DNA of 64,000 nt, taken from contig OZ316899.1 of assembly GCA_973895155.1 (NCBI GenBank), positions 13,147,934 through 13,211,933 on the forward strand, given 5' to 3'. The translations under genes and the position numbers were made by a program. The DNA is from Marsupella aquatica. Lineage: Eukaryota > Plantae > Marchantiophyta. Within the stretch, counting starts at the first letter, position 1. The number at the start of each line of letters is the position of its first letter. Below, piece by piece: positions 33,833-47,254 of this stretch. The notes under the pieces are model-generated. The model was not told the origin of the DNA and did not search any database. It was given only the letters and a program-made list of their open reading frames with translations.

Positions 33833-36800
33833 ATGGGAACCCAAGCACCAGCCGCGGAAGGAACTCCACCGGTTCCACCAGCCCCGCAGGCACCAGGTGC
33901 GTTGCAGCCTCCGGCAGCCCAGAATGTGTCACAACGATCTCGGTTCCACTATCGACCCTTCAAGGGATGACCCACGGACGACCCCGATGAGTGGCTAGCT
34001 AAGTTTGAGGCCACAGCCAAGGCAAATGGCAAGGAGGCCATTAAGCTAACCATCCTTCCAGGCGTGCTACGGGGAGAACCATGCTCGTGGTTTAACTTGC
34101 AACCCCCCGGCTTCACATGGGGCCAGTTCCAGGCGGCGCTTTTGCAAGAGTTTAGGCCCGTGGGGATCGAATCTCGGGCCCTGTCAAAAATTGGACGAAT
34201 GCAGATGGGTAAGCATGACTCACTTCGCAAATTTCTGCAGCGATTCCAGAAGGTTGCCGCCAAGATTTGGCCTAAGCCCGATGACTCCCTGTTGAGGAAA
34301 TGGTTTGTCAATGCGCTACCCCAGAGGATGGTGTTCTCAGTGCTAGAAAAGAAGACCACCACTCTACAACAAGCAATTGATAGTGCTGAATCCTTCAGGG
34401 AATTGCACTACGCCTCTTAGCTTAATAGGAGGACCAAGCATAAGAAGAGCAAGAGGTATCATACCTTCAGCAATTCCGACTCTGAGTACGACAAGAAGAA
34501 AAGGAAGAAAAGACGTCGGCATAAGAAGAAGGGCCGGACAAGCTCTTCGTCAGACTCTGATTCAAAGTCTAGTGATTCCCTGTCCAGTAGCCCAACGTCG
34601 ACTGGCTCATCCTCCAGCGATACCGAGTCAGAGTCTCGTAACCACCGAAGGAAGAAGGGATCACGGTCAGATGCGGGTAAACATAAACCGTGATCCAAGG
34701 TCGTCACCACAGACCCCAAGGCCGCGAAGGTAGAAAATCTGAACAAAATCACAGACCGGCTGAAAGCACTATCGGTGCACTTGGCGGAGAAACCGCCTGA
34801 CAAGAAGAAACCACCGGAAATCCGAGCGCATGCTTGGTGCTCCAAGTGTTATCAGTCTAGAGACGTGGTGCAAGAATGCCCAAGGTGGAACACTCGTGTG
34901 CACCAGATAGAGTTGGAGCCCGGACAGTCCGAGCCAGAGGGAAGCACAATGGAGTACTTCTTCGAGGATCCGGCTAAGGCGGTGTTCCAGATGAGTATGA
35001 CGGGACCTTGCACCCTAAGCGACCACAATCCCGGGTTCCATACCCCTTATCCGTATCCTATGAATGGGCGTGGCTCCCAGATGATCAGCAATCCAAGTAT
35101 TCCGCCTAAACCCGGAGTTTGGCGGACCCCGGTTTGCTATAATTGCGAGAAACCTGGTCACTTTGCCCAAGAGTGCACGGAGCAACGGAAGTAAGGGGAT
35201 GGGAGAGCAATTCCGTTGTGCCAGGTCTGTCGAACCAAAGCACATTCCACGTCAAACTGCCCCTTGGTGTTAGCCGTGAAGGCCGGCGCCGTCCGAGCTG
35301 CTCAACTTGCGGCCCCACCGACTATGGATGCGGTAGTACAAATGGTAACGCTAGAATGGCAGGACGACTCCACCGAGTGGATCGATCTCATAGAAGCAGT
35401 CAAGCAACCGAGAGTGCAAGCAGACAACGAATATTACCACGTTTCTACCCGATCATCCCGCAAGAAAGACAAGTATGAAGCACGGGCTCTGAAGAATGAC
35501 AAGCAAAGAGACATGGCCGCAGATAACCATAGTCCGATGGAACCGGACGAGCGAGAAGACTACTAGCGGGATAACCCAAAGTTGTTTTACTCGCGAGTAG
35601 AGGAGCCGGTCAAAAAGCAATTGGAAGCCTACGAGGCCCAAGAGCACAAAAAAGCCATTAAAAAAAGGATATCGCCGATGCTAAGGCGGCAGAAAAAGCT
35701 GAGGAGGCTAAGACCGCCTTGGAAGCTCAAGTCAAGGAAGTAGAAGCATTAAAATCCGCGACCCCACCGTCTAACCAGTACGACATCAAAAAGGATGTTC
35801 AAAATTGTGCAACCATGGCCACCGTCGGACAACTGTTGCAGGATAACCCAAAGTATCGGCAACAACTCAAGGAGATGCTGATAGGGAAGAGAAGGAGACG
35901 GCTACCTCGGGTAAGCACCTTAGCCGACTATATGATGATTTACCAGGGCTTAGGAGCGCCTAAGGTCTCTATCGAGATAGCGGGCTGTACTATTTGGTTT
36001 GTACCGGTAGATGGCGGGTCCGGAGTAAATACCATGACGGAGGACACTTCCGTGAGGTTGGGATATACATCTTATCAACCCACGGCGCGTGCCATTCGGT
36101 TAGCAAACGGCGCCCGGATCATGCCATTGGGGACATTGACCAAGATATCCACGTGGATTGGAGGCCTCAAGTTTTTTCTAAATTACCTGGTGATGCAACC
36201 AGTCTGACCCTCGACTTATCCAGTACTGTTGGGCAGACCCTGGTTATACGGTGCCCGAGTCATTACCAACTGGGGAAGAAGGAGTTACAATTTGGTAACC
36301 CGACTACGACGGTGTCATGGAAGGAAGAGGACTATTAGGGTGAAACACCCCAGGGACCCGAAGAATATGACTCAGAGGAGGAAATCTCAGAAGAAGAGGT
36401 AAATATGGTAGAGTTAATCTCTTGGCTGGACGAAGAGGAAGTCTTCGGGGTAAGTGCCACCCGAGACGCCCATATTCTGAACCAGCCCAGATCAGCAGCC
36501 CCAATCGAGACGCCAGGGACGCCAGTAACAGATGATGCGGCGGCGGGTGAAGAATTCCCCGTAATAGTGAGCCCTACAAAGGTCGTTGGCTAGGGCACCT
36601 TGCCAGGTATACTCGAGGAGGGCACTACCGAGGCCGCCACTCCTCCCAAAAGAAAGAAAGTTACATGGAGCCCCGAGGTACCGTCCGTAATGGGGGAACC
36701 CAAGGAGCTCCCCAAGGAGCAGCCGACAGTCTGGGAACCTGTGGCCTACGATGGCACCAGACTCAAGGAATTGGAGGCCCATCTTGACCGGGCCACCAGA

Positions 36801-39688
36801 GACCATGTGGATGTAATCCGCAAGGAACACTATAGCAAGTACACCACAAAGAGGGAGAGGACATTCAACGTTGGTTATGGCCTACGAGCCCCGGAGGAAA
36901 AGGCTATCCAAGAACTCCTATCAGAATATGAGGATGTCTTTGCATGGAGTCATCGAGACTTAACCGGAATTTTGCCGGCCTACGGCAAACACGTCATTGA
37001 TCTAAACTTGGGTACTCATGCCGTCCAAGAGAGACAACGAAGACTAAATCCAAGACATTCCATCTTGGTAAAGGAGGAGTTAGATCAACTGATCATGGTG
37101 GACATCATCTACCCCGTCTTATCCAGCGAATGGGTGTTCCCCATTGTGGTGGTTCCTAAGAAGGTAGGGCCCGATGGTAAACCCAAGATTTGAATATGCC
37201 AGGATTACTGGAAGCTCAACGACGCTACTCGGAAAGACCATTACCCACTCCCCTACACGGATATGGTCCTTGACATGGTAGCCAAAAATGAGGTATACAC
37301 CTTCCTGGATGGATATTTGGGTTATAACCAGATTTGGATTAGACTATCGGACCAGCTCAAAACTACGTTCATCACGGAGTGGGGAACCTTCGCATTCAGA
37401 CGGATGCCCTTTGGCTTATGCAATGCCCAGCTATGTTCCAGCGAATCATTATGAATATTTTTCATGATTTCCTACAAGAATTTTTGGAGGTCTTCATAGA
37501 CGATTTTGCCATCTTTGGAACAATTGCTCAGCACCCAGAACACCTGAGGCGGACTTTTGAGCGATGCGAGAAGTAGGTTTGAAGTTACACCCGGGTAAAT
37601 GCTTCTTCGGGGTAACAGAAGGAGTGTTGCTTGGACACCAAGTATCCAAATGAGGGATCAAGGTGGACCAAGAAAAAGTGTCTGCTTGGATGAATGTACC
37701 TTACCCAACGGACCAAAAGGCGGTGCGATCCTTCTTAGGCTGCGTAGGTTACTACCGACGATTCATTCCAAATTTTGCCAAAATAGCCCTGCCCCTTACA
37801 GAAATGATGAGGCAAGACGCAGTCGTGGAAATGACTCCCTGCAGAGTAGCAGCCTTTGACAAACTGAAAAAATGGCTAACTATGGCTCCGATCTTGACTA
37901 CCACCGATTGGAACAAGGAGTTCCATGTGTATGTCGACGTGTCTGGGTTTTGCATCGGGTCAGTGCTGAGCCAACTAGACGACGAAAAATGCAACCACCC
38001 CATTTACTTTGCGAGCCGACAACTGTTTATAGCGGAGAAAAACTATTTGCCCACCGATCGGGAGGCCTTGGGGATCATCTACTTGTGTAAAAAGTTTTGC
38101 CATTATCTATTGGGATATAAGGTGGTATTCCATACTGACCATGACAGCCTGAAGTACATGGTAAACAAAGCGGACTTGACGGGGAGAATAGCCCGTTGGG
38201 TCCTGCTGCTCCAAGAATTTGACTACAAAGTCAGGGTACGACCTGGGAAGGCACACGTGAATGCGGACTTCTTCTCAAGGATTGAAGGGGAATTGGACGA
38301 CGCACCTGTCGATGATGCATTCCCTGATGAAGAATTATTCCGTGTGGAAATGGACCAACCGACGTGGTATGGGGACCTAATCACCTTCCTCTTAACGGCC
38401 CGCATTCCAAGTAACATTAACCGGGAGGCCGCGTCAGTCTTCCTACGCAAGGCAGCACCATACATGATGATACGCGGACATCTGCATAAGGATCCGCAAA
38501 TGCCTAGATTATAATGAGACAATCATTGTCATGCAAGCTATGCACGAGGAGGAGGCAGGGGGACACTTCGTCCCGGTCACCATGGCTCACAAGATCTTGG
38601 ATGCAGGTTATTGGTGGCCTACGCTTCATCACGACGTAGCCCATTTCATCCGAGGTTGCGACTTGTGTCAACGCGCGGGCAAACCCCGCAGATCGAGTAA
38701 TCATCCTCTTACCTCGATCTTTCCCCTTGCCCCATTTGAGAAATGGGGCATCAATTATATCGGACCATTCACCCCGATAACCTGAGGTCGGCGTTGCCGG
38801 TACATCCTTCTCGCTATCGACTATTCGACTAAATGGGTAGAGGCGTGGGCAACGGTCAGGGGTGATGTGGCCACCACCACCAGGTTCCTATACGAACAGA
38901 TCTTCACCCGTTTTGGACCTCCCTTGGAGTTAGTCAGTGACCGCGGGACTCATTTTTTGAACAAAAGAGTGGAAAAACTGACTGACCGTTACCTCGTGAA
39001 GCACAGGAAGACTACCCCTTACCACCCCAATTGTAACGGACTAGCAAAGTGGGCTAATGGCATCATAGGAAAAACCCTCAACAAAACCGTAGCCGCCCAC
39101 AAAACGGACTGGGATGACAAGCTTTTCGCGGCGGTCTATTCGTACAACTTGGCATTTAAGACTACTACAAACCATAGTCCGTATTTCTTGGTATTCAGAC
39201 AACATGCGCTCGTACCCGTCGAGTTCGAGGTCAAGACTCCTCGAGTGAGCATCCGCCATAGGTTACCAGAGGATGCTAGTTTTTCCGATCAAGCATATAA
39301 GATTGATAGTCTAGAAGAGCAGAGATTGTGGGCATTACAACGTGTGGCTGCCAAGCAGAAAGCAACGAAGAAACAACACGGCAAGGGACTGCGCCAGGTG
39401 GACATCGCTACGGGAGATCTCATCATTCTATACGACAGTAGGTACATGTACTTTCCAGGAAAGTTACACACACGTTGGCTGGGACCTTTCATTGTCCAGC
39501 AGATGTACCCAAACGGATCCCTCCAGCTATCAACGTACGTCGGTGACCTCTTTCCCAATTGAGTTAGTTACGATCGTGTGAAGAGGTACTTTCACCAGGA
39601 TGACGAGCGTAATGATGTTTTCGAGGACGCTTCACACTTGAGTGGGGAGCTATGTGACACAGGTAACGTGTCACTTAACCAAACGTAG
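33833..39688 (+). pseudogene. gag-pol of C (gag with three Zn knuckles, protease, RT, RNase H, integrase), many stops/frameshifts
   Basis: DPDEWLAKF; CYNCEKPGHFAQEC; VDGGSGVN; FLDGYLGYNQI, FIDD; HVYVDVS..FASRQL; H..GH..CDLC, SDRGTHF, PGKLHTRWLGPF. The frame ends ..HLSGELCDTGNVSLNQT* inside the 3' LTR. Confidence 0.93.
39640..39652 (+). other. Polypurine tract of C, embedded in the last pol codons
   Basis: GAGTGGGGAGCTA immediately before LTR TGTGAC at 39653; reads S-G-E-L in the pol frame. Confidence 0.85.
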
Positions 39689-41393
39689 GTCGTAGATTAG
39701 GTCTTATACGGTCATTAGGACCGTAGCCGTAGCGTAGAATAGCACAAATAGCCGTCTTTGCCATTATGAATAGATTAGGAGTAGGTTAGTTGATCGGATG
39801 ATTATGAATTAAAGCAGAGGGTTATTACGCTCGACCGCGGTACGGTGGCAGCGGCGGAGTAAAATCCGTTAGAAGAATCACACTTGGACCGAGACGCCGA
39901 CTTTTGCTCATCATCAACGACCGGAACGACCTTGCCCACTCACGCTCGAAGCTCACCCTGGCACCTCCATAAGAGCGGATTCGATGACGCTGCTGGCCAT
40001 TTGCTCATTTCTACCTTTCGGAATTCGCGGACGCGGCCATTCTCTTGCCTTCTTGCTCGAATCAAGCTGACCTTTACAAGGAGATCATCGAGGGATAAGA
40101 GCGGGTTGTGGTGAGATTTAGTTAGGGTGAGGAAGGCCTCCACTAGTAAGCGGACCAAACAGCGGGAACGCGGACTCAATGAACCAGACTACAAAGGTTA
40201 GTATGACCCTTACAGCCTTGGGATTCTGGACCTTGTTTGGCGAGGTAGGTGCTAAGTTCTCCGAGACTTACTGGTACTCTTGTCCCGAGAAAGCCACAAA
40301 AGAAGATATGCAAAGTTGGTGGCCAAGGTAGCGCAGGTTAACTGCGAGAAGACAACTATCACCAGGGATTCCAGCTACAACGAGCTACGGGACTACATCA
40401 CCGAGCTATATCTCAGCGAGGAAGGGCTAAGATTGGTAGCAAAGGCGATTCTTGAAGTCCCCGCAAAGTTCTTTAGGCTCAAGGGCAGCCAGCGGCTTAC
40501 TCAAGCGGAGTTTGACAAGATCCCGGGGTACCTAGACCAGCAGATCGCAGCCAAAAAGCGCCAAGAAGACATCAGCAGACAACGGGAAGCGGCGCGTTGT
40601 CGCGAGGACTTAAAGTTAGGGGCTCCTCGGGAAAACTACGCTTTTCTGGCATCGAGACAGGTGACAAGCACTTTTTGGAGCGAACTCTCACTCCTTTATA
40701 TTTTTTACTTTTCTCACAAAGGTTACAATAGGTGCCCTCGAGTAAGCTTGCCCGCAAGAGTTTGGTAGCTGGCCCTACGGCGGGCCGCTACCTCTAACTT
40801 GTCGGGTAGAACTCCTCGAGTGACTAACTACTCAAAATCTGACGGAAAAACTATCCTCCTTAGCTCACAAAACCAAAAACTCGACTAGCTACTCCACTAG
40901 TCTAAAACAGCTCGCACGGAACTCGGGCCTGGACCAACGAGGCTCCAAACTCGAGAAATCCTTGCCTGGATTGACGACTCACTCAGAACTCCAAAACCGT
41001 CGCACAACAGTCAAGTTCCGCAGAACCGAGCGAAACTCACAGAACGCAACTCAACAGATCTCAATAGACAACCGCCAACCTCAATGAGCTGAGGCTCAAG
41101 TCTTAAGTAGCATCAGAAACCCAACCATCCAGCCTGAGCCAGCTGCCAGCAGCGAGGCTCATCCAAACTCCAAGCTTGGTGACTCACCCAAACACCAAAC
41201 CTAGTGACGACGAGTCACCCAATCACCAAACCTCAATCCAACCAACCAAGCAGCCCCTCCGCGTCAGCATGCACGCAACCCAACCGGGAGGCCTCGCCCA
41301 TCATCCCCTATAAAAGCCATTCCTGAGCCGAAATCTTTTGGCACGACATCCTCCCCCAGTAAACCTGAGCAGCCTCCGGTCTGCTCCAATCCA

Positions 41394-44300
41394 TCAGATT
41401 TCCTCTAAATCTGAGTCTGAACTCGAGCCATGCGCCTGGACCACTTCCTCCTCAAGAAACTCAAACCCAAAGCCTTCAGACTCGGCCTTAGGCACTCCAC
41501 TTTCCAGAAACTCAAAGTCCAACTCATCCAAATTAGAACCAGTCAAGCCACTTTTGAAACTCAAGTCCAACGGATGCGCCTGGACCAGTGCCTCATCTTC
41601 AAATTCACTCAAGTTGGAACTTGAGTCCATTCCCTTCTCGGTCCTCCTCTTGAAGATCTTCACCCTTTTCCTTGCGTAAGGTACTTGGTGAACTGTTCCA
41701 TCCAACTCCCGAATAGTGTAGGTCGCATTCGCATGAACAGCAACCACCACATACGGACCTTGCCACCTCCAAGCAAACTTGTTTCGGCTCAAGTGTTGCT
41801 CGTCCAACTTACTTTCATAAACCAGAACCCAATCCCCTTCCTTAACCAAGACAGGCCTCAACCGATGAGTCCTGTCGAACCTGCCCTTGTTCCTTAATCT
41901 CGCCATCTTCAATTGCTTCCGAGCCACCTCAATCTTTGCGGGTAACAAGTTGAAGTGTTCGATCCTTCGAGCCAGCAACTCCTCTCTCAAAACTTCATCT
42001 TTCCATCCAATCAGTTGCCAGCTGCAAACATCTTCCTCGAGTGGCATCATCGGCAAGTGCCCAGTAAGTAGCTCAGCCGGAACGTATCCAGTCATTGAGC
42101 TACAAGTCATCCGATCCGCTAACAGAGCAAGTAGAAGGAGACTCCACCACCTGCCCAAGTCCCCATCACAAGCCTTAGCCAAAGCACCCACAATCTAGAT
42201 GTGCCCCCTTTCAGATTTCTTATTGCCTTCCAGATTGTAACTCGAAGTCAGCTTCAGTTTGATGCAATATTGGTCGAAAAACTCTTGCGCTTCCTTGGAG
42301 CTGAGCTCTCCCCTATCAGCTCTGATCCTTGTAAAGCACCCATGCCTTGCAATGATATCCTCAAGTATGAACTGGCAAACGGCAGCAGTAGTGTTCGAAA
42401 CCAACGCTCTCCCTTCCACATAAGAAGACAAGTCTTCTCTCGCCAAAACCAAGTATCTCGCCCCATTTCTCTCTCTCGGCATGTACACTACATCAACAGC
42501 CCATTGAAAGTGTAGAGCCACGGGGTAAGTCGGAACCAATCCATCCCTATTTCGGATCCTCGAGTAAAACTGGCAAATCTCGCAAGTCTCGACATAGTCT
42601 CAAACGGCCAAGTATAAACCTGGCCACCAGTACAGCTTCCGAACCCTCTTGTAAGTCGAATGCACCCCTTTGTGCCCAGCCATATCAGCATCATGGCTCT
42701 CTTTGAGAATTCGGTCTTTCTCATCCTTAGTATCCACAATCCTCTACAACAACTGACTTGGGTCCTTATGCCTTCGCCATAAGTAGCCCTCCCTCAATAG
42801 GAACTTGTAAGATCTCTTTCGGATCTTGACAAACTTTTGATAACTCCACTCTGGTTGCTTCTCCAAAGTGCTAATGTAACGCCCAATATCCAGCAACTCT
42901 CCCGAGTAGAGTTCTTCCTTGAACTCTAGACTTCCAACACTTTCGGTTCCGGTCACCTCGCCAACTCTCTTTGCTACCTCATTTCCGAATCTCGCCCTTG
43001 ACAGCATGTCGGCAACCGGATTATCCTTTCCCGCAATGTGACTTAGCTCAGGGTTGAACATCCAAATGAAAGCGATCCACCTGAGCATCGCTATGTCAGG
43101 CGTGTCACAATTTGCAATCATCCCCAGCAGCGATTGGCAATCAGTCTCAACCACCACCGGCGCCCCAATCAAATAGTTCCTCTCTTGATGGAGTGCCACC
43201 TTGGCACCCCAAAGCTCCCTCTTAACTTGGGCATATCTCCTTTGCCTTTCCGTAATTTTTTTTGCCCCAAATCTGATCACATACCTTTCCCCATTCTCGT
43301 CATCTTGCCCAACAGCCCACCCGGCTGCGAACGGACTCACATCAACAGTCATGATCAGTGGTCGCCCGCTCTCATAGTCTGCAGCTCGGAGAACTGGCGG
43401 GCTCATGAGAGCGCTCTTAAGTTTAGCCATTGCTTCACTATGCTCGAGTAGCCATCTCCACTTAACCTTTTCCTCAACAGCTCATAGAGCGGGTCTGCCA
43501 GGTGCGAGAAGTGAGGGATCCAGATCTTGTAAAAGACACAAGCACCCAGAAACCTTTGAACTTCCGGCACCAATTCATAATCCTTTATCTCGCTAATAGC
43601 TCTCACCTTATCCATGTTCGGCTTCCTTCCATAAGATCCGCACATTTGCCCAATGACTTTCACCTCTTTCATCTTGAATTCAGACTTCTCCCCCGAAAGA
43701 GTGACTCCCACATCAATCAGCTTCTCGAGAACCGCCTTAACATCCGCAATGTGATCCCACACAAACTGCGGATCCCATCACTCCTCAAGGTCTCATCCTT
43801 CCCTTCAGCCAAGCACCCCTTTATCGGGACATCATCAATGAACGGTCTCACTTTTTCCGGAATGAATGGCTCCAAGATTTTACTCATCGCATTTTGCATG
43901 TGGGCAATTGAGTTCGTCGCCCCTTGGGGAAGAGTGCACATCCTCAAGAGGCCCAGCGGGGTCCTCATAGTCGTAATGTCTCGGCTCTCTTGCGCCAACT
44001 GGAACTGGTCGTAACCCAAAAACAAATCACCCATGGAGTAGATCACCCTTCCAACGAACTCCTCCGCAAACTCATCCACGAGTGGTCCAACTCCCACATT
44101 CCTGATGGTCACCTTGTTTGGAGGTTGCATATCTTGAATGAACCTCAAGTTTCCATTCTTCTTTCTCACTGTAAACCATCTATTTGAGTAGGGAGCATCA
44201 GACCTCTCGAGAATCCTAGCACTCAGCTTCTCCTTAAGCAGTTCTGCAAGCTTTGGAGCTAAAGCCCGCGGAACCAAAATCGGTTTCAGATCCCACGGAA

Positions 44301-47214
44301 CATGAGGGACAGTAAAGATGACCATCGGTATCACCTTACTTGGATCCACACAACCAATCTCCTCAATCAAAAACGAGAATGCCTTGCCATGCTCCATTAT
44401 CATCTTTCGAAATGCCACTTGCTCCACTTCCATAAGTAACCTATCTGAACCAATCTTAAGCTTCGCCAAACTCTCTTGAGTAAACTTATGCCCTATCCGA
44501 TCAGTTGGCCTCAGCCTTGGTTCCAATCTTGCTCGATCCATGACCTCCATCGCATCGTCCGGCAAAGGTATCGTCGCCGGCCTCACCTTCTTGTCGACCA
44601 TCTTGTACTTGGTACTCGAGTATACAAGCACGGCCATAGACGAGTACTGCCTTTCCAACTCCTTCTCCAGCTTGTCCCTTCCCAAGTTAGACTCCGCACA
44701 TTCGAGTGGCTCTTCCTCTCCATTATCCATCGTGTTTTCCCCTTCACAAGGAGCTAAGAAACGTGAGCACTCCGCCGATCCACTCTTTTCAGCGAAGTGC
44801 CAAGTCATTTTCCGGACCTGGACCAGAGTCAGCACTCTCAGTCCTCAACCCTTTCCTATTCCTCTCGTTTCCAGGTAAAACAACCGGAAATTGAACGACC
44901 TCTTTCCCATCTTTGCTCCAAACCTTCACCATGAAGGTAGTATCATCTAGAACCTTCGTCTCCATCCTCCATTCAGTGATGAACGGCATGCCCAGTATCA
45001 CCGGAAATGACAAGTGCTCATGAACAAAAATGTTACAAGCCTGCTTGACATCCCCAAACTTCACCATCACATTCAGACATCCGCCCCAAAGATAGTCCTT
45101 CATTGAACTCATCGAGTTCACACTCCAAAGCAACTCATTGTCCACCGGCCAATTCCCCTTTTGAAACACCATTGGATCCATCAAGTTGATCTCCGAGCTA
45201 GTATCAATGAGCGCCCGCACCTTGCCTTCCATTCCTTCCAACTGGCACTCGCTTTCCGGACTTGCTCGAGCCCAGTATCCATCTCAGTAAGCATAACTAT
45301 TTCCTTTCATTGAGCTCATGACATGAATGGTCCTCGACTGCGCGGTAATGCTTTCCCGTTCTCCCCCTTCGGTCGGGTCCCTGTTTGCCACAGACTTAGC
45401 TTCACTTCCGGTTCCCATGAGCTCCTCTTTTGCATCGAAGAACTCATCGTCCAAGTTCATGAGCTCCTCTTCAAGGGACTTGACCCTCTTTGGTTCCCCC
45501 AAGTCTGACTCTTCGGGGCCGACAAGCTTACTACTTGAACCCATGGACGCCCCAGCAGTGTAAGTTCGGAAACTCCCAATTTCTGTCTCGCCAGCCTCCC
45601 CCATCAAGGTGTGAGGGCCCTCTTTGTAAATCCATTTCCTCTTGGATCTCTCCAAGATCGCTTCCTGGATCTCCCGCCTCATAATGCCAAAGAACTCGGC
45701 GTTGGTAAACCCTTGAGCCTGTTGGCTCCAGAACCTCTCAGCTACAACCTCCGGGTACATGGCCTGGTCCACGTCCCTGCCAAGCACCCAGCCCGGGTCC
45801 TTCCTGATTGGTTTCCCTTTTTCCGGCTCTTTCTCGCTCATTTCCTCTTCTTTGAACCTAACCCTCCTTTCCTTGTCTCAAGTATCCCGCCTCTCTCGTT
45901 CCCCTGATTGAGACGGAGTGTCATCCTTGTCGGTTTTCTTCCTTTTTGACTTGACCGAGGCATCCCAACTAGCCCCAACCTCAACCGTTATCGCATTGAT
46001 CAGCACCGGGTCACTCCATCCGGATCTCTCTCGCACCAGATCCGCCAAGCGCTTGTAAACCCTGTCCGTTTTTGTCACGGGGCCATCCAACTCCACATTG
46101 TAAACATTCTCTTCCAGGTGCAAAGAGGACGCCTCTTTGACTTGCTTCCCAGTTCGCTTCTCAGCCAAAGCCTTCATGCCTCCCTTGTTGGAGTTGAATG
46201 GAATCGGCTCCTCAGTGTCGGCAAACAATATCTTTTTCTGACCAACTTCACCGACGAACTTGATCAGCCCTTTATCCGCAACTTCCCTCAGGTCCAGGCA
46301 CTCCCGTTTGTCATGCTCTTTGCTGTCGCACCACATGCATGGCCAACTTTGCATCTCTCGCTTCCTCTCGGGAGCACTCGCAACCCTCGGTTTTGGATTC
46401 TTGACCGCATGTGCTGCCAAGATCTTCAGGTTCTGCATCATTTCCGCAAGATCATCCACCGATGGCTTGATCTCATCCTTTGCTGGTTCTCGCTTCCCTT
46501 TCCTCAATATCGGTTCTGGTGGCCTTAGGTCGAGAGTGGTAGCCTCCTTGTCTAGCTCTCACCGCCGGTGTCGATTGCTCACTTTCAATACTACTTTCTC
46601 AACTTGGTTCCAGTCGTTAGACAAGGTAACTCTCGAAGGTTCCAGCAGCTCCATCGTGTTCTCAAGCTCCTCTCGAAGGTCCTCATCGGCTGCCCTCAAG
46701 AAGAGCGTCGAGCGCTGCAACTCGATGATTCCCACATCCTGCTTCGGTAACTGAGACACCCTTCTCTTGAACTCCCTTAGGAGCTCTTGTGGCCCCTTCA
46801 GCTTCTTGTTCCTGTCATTCACCCAATCCAAGAAGGTAGCCTGCGTGACCTGATCAGCATCCTCCGCTTGGAACTCCTCTTTCATCTTCTGGTCGAAGTC
46901 ATCCCAGCCCTCAACTGACTCAACGATGGTCCGCACCGTCAAACTCAACTCCTTCTCAACCAGCACCATGAACTCTTTCACGGCTGTCCCTTTGTCTAAC
47001 TTGTAGACAGTTGCTTCTGTCAAGTAAGACTTAAGGTAGCTTGTCACATTTCTCCCATCAAACTGCCCATTCTCCTTCAAAACCTCTTGGAGACACCGAG
47101 TAGTTCTATTTGCTTCCCTGTTCGCCCTTTCCGACTCAAGCTCTTCCTTCCTTATGGTCTCATCATCAACATGATGATGCTTGATATCCGATTGACTTTG
47201 TCATAGTCACCCAT
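41394..47214 (-). pseudogene. gag-pol of D (gag, Zn knuckle, protease, RT, RNase H, integrase), frameshifted
   Basis: FDGRNVTSYL; CMWCDSKEHDKREC; ALIDTSSEINL; YSNRWFTVRKKNGNLRFIQD..LPQGATNS..PFIDD; MTVDVSPFAAG..KRELWG; WAVDVVYM..RADRGE..ERGH; WQGPY. Confidence 0.9.
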
Positions 47215-47236
47215 CTCATCCAATCACCCCAAGGAA

Positions 47237-47254
47237 TCCCCAGTATGGTCGCCA
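47237..47254 (-). other. Primer-binding site of D (TGGCGACCATACTGGGGA, tRNA-Arg-like)
   Basis: 18-mer starting TGG, one nt from the 5' LTR on the minus strand; tRNA identity from memory. Confidence 0.65.
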
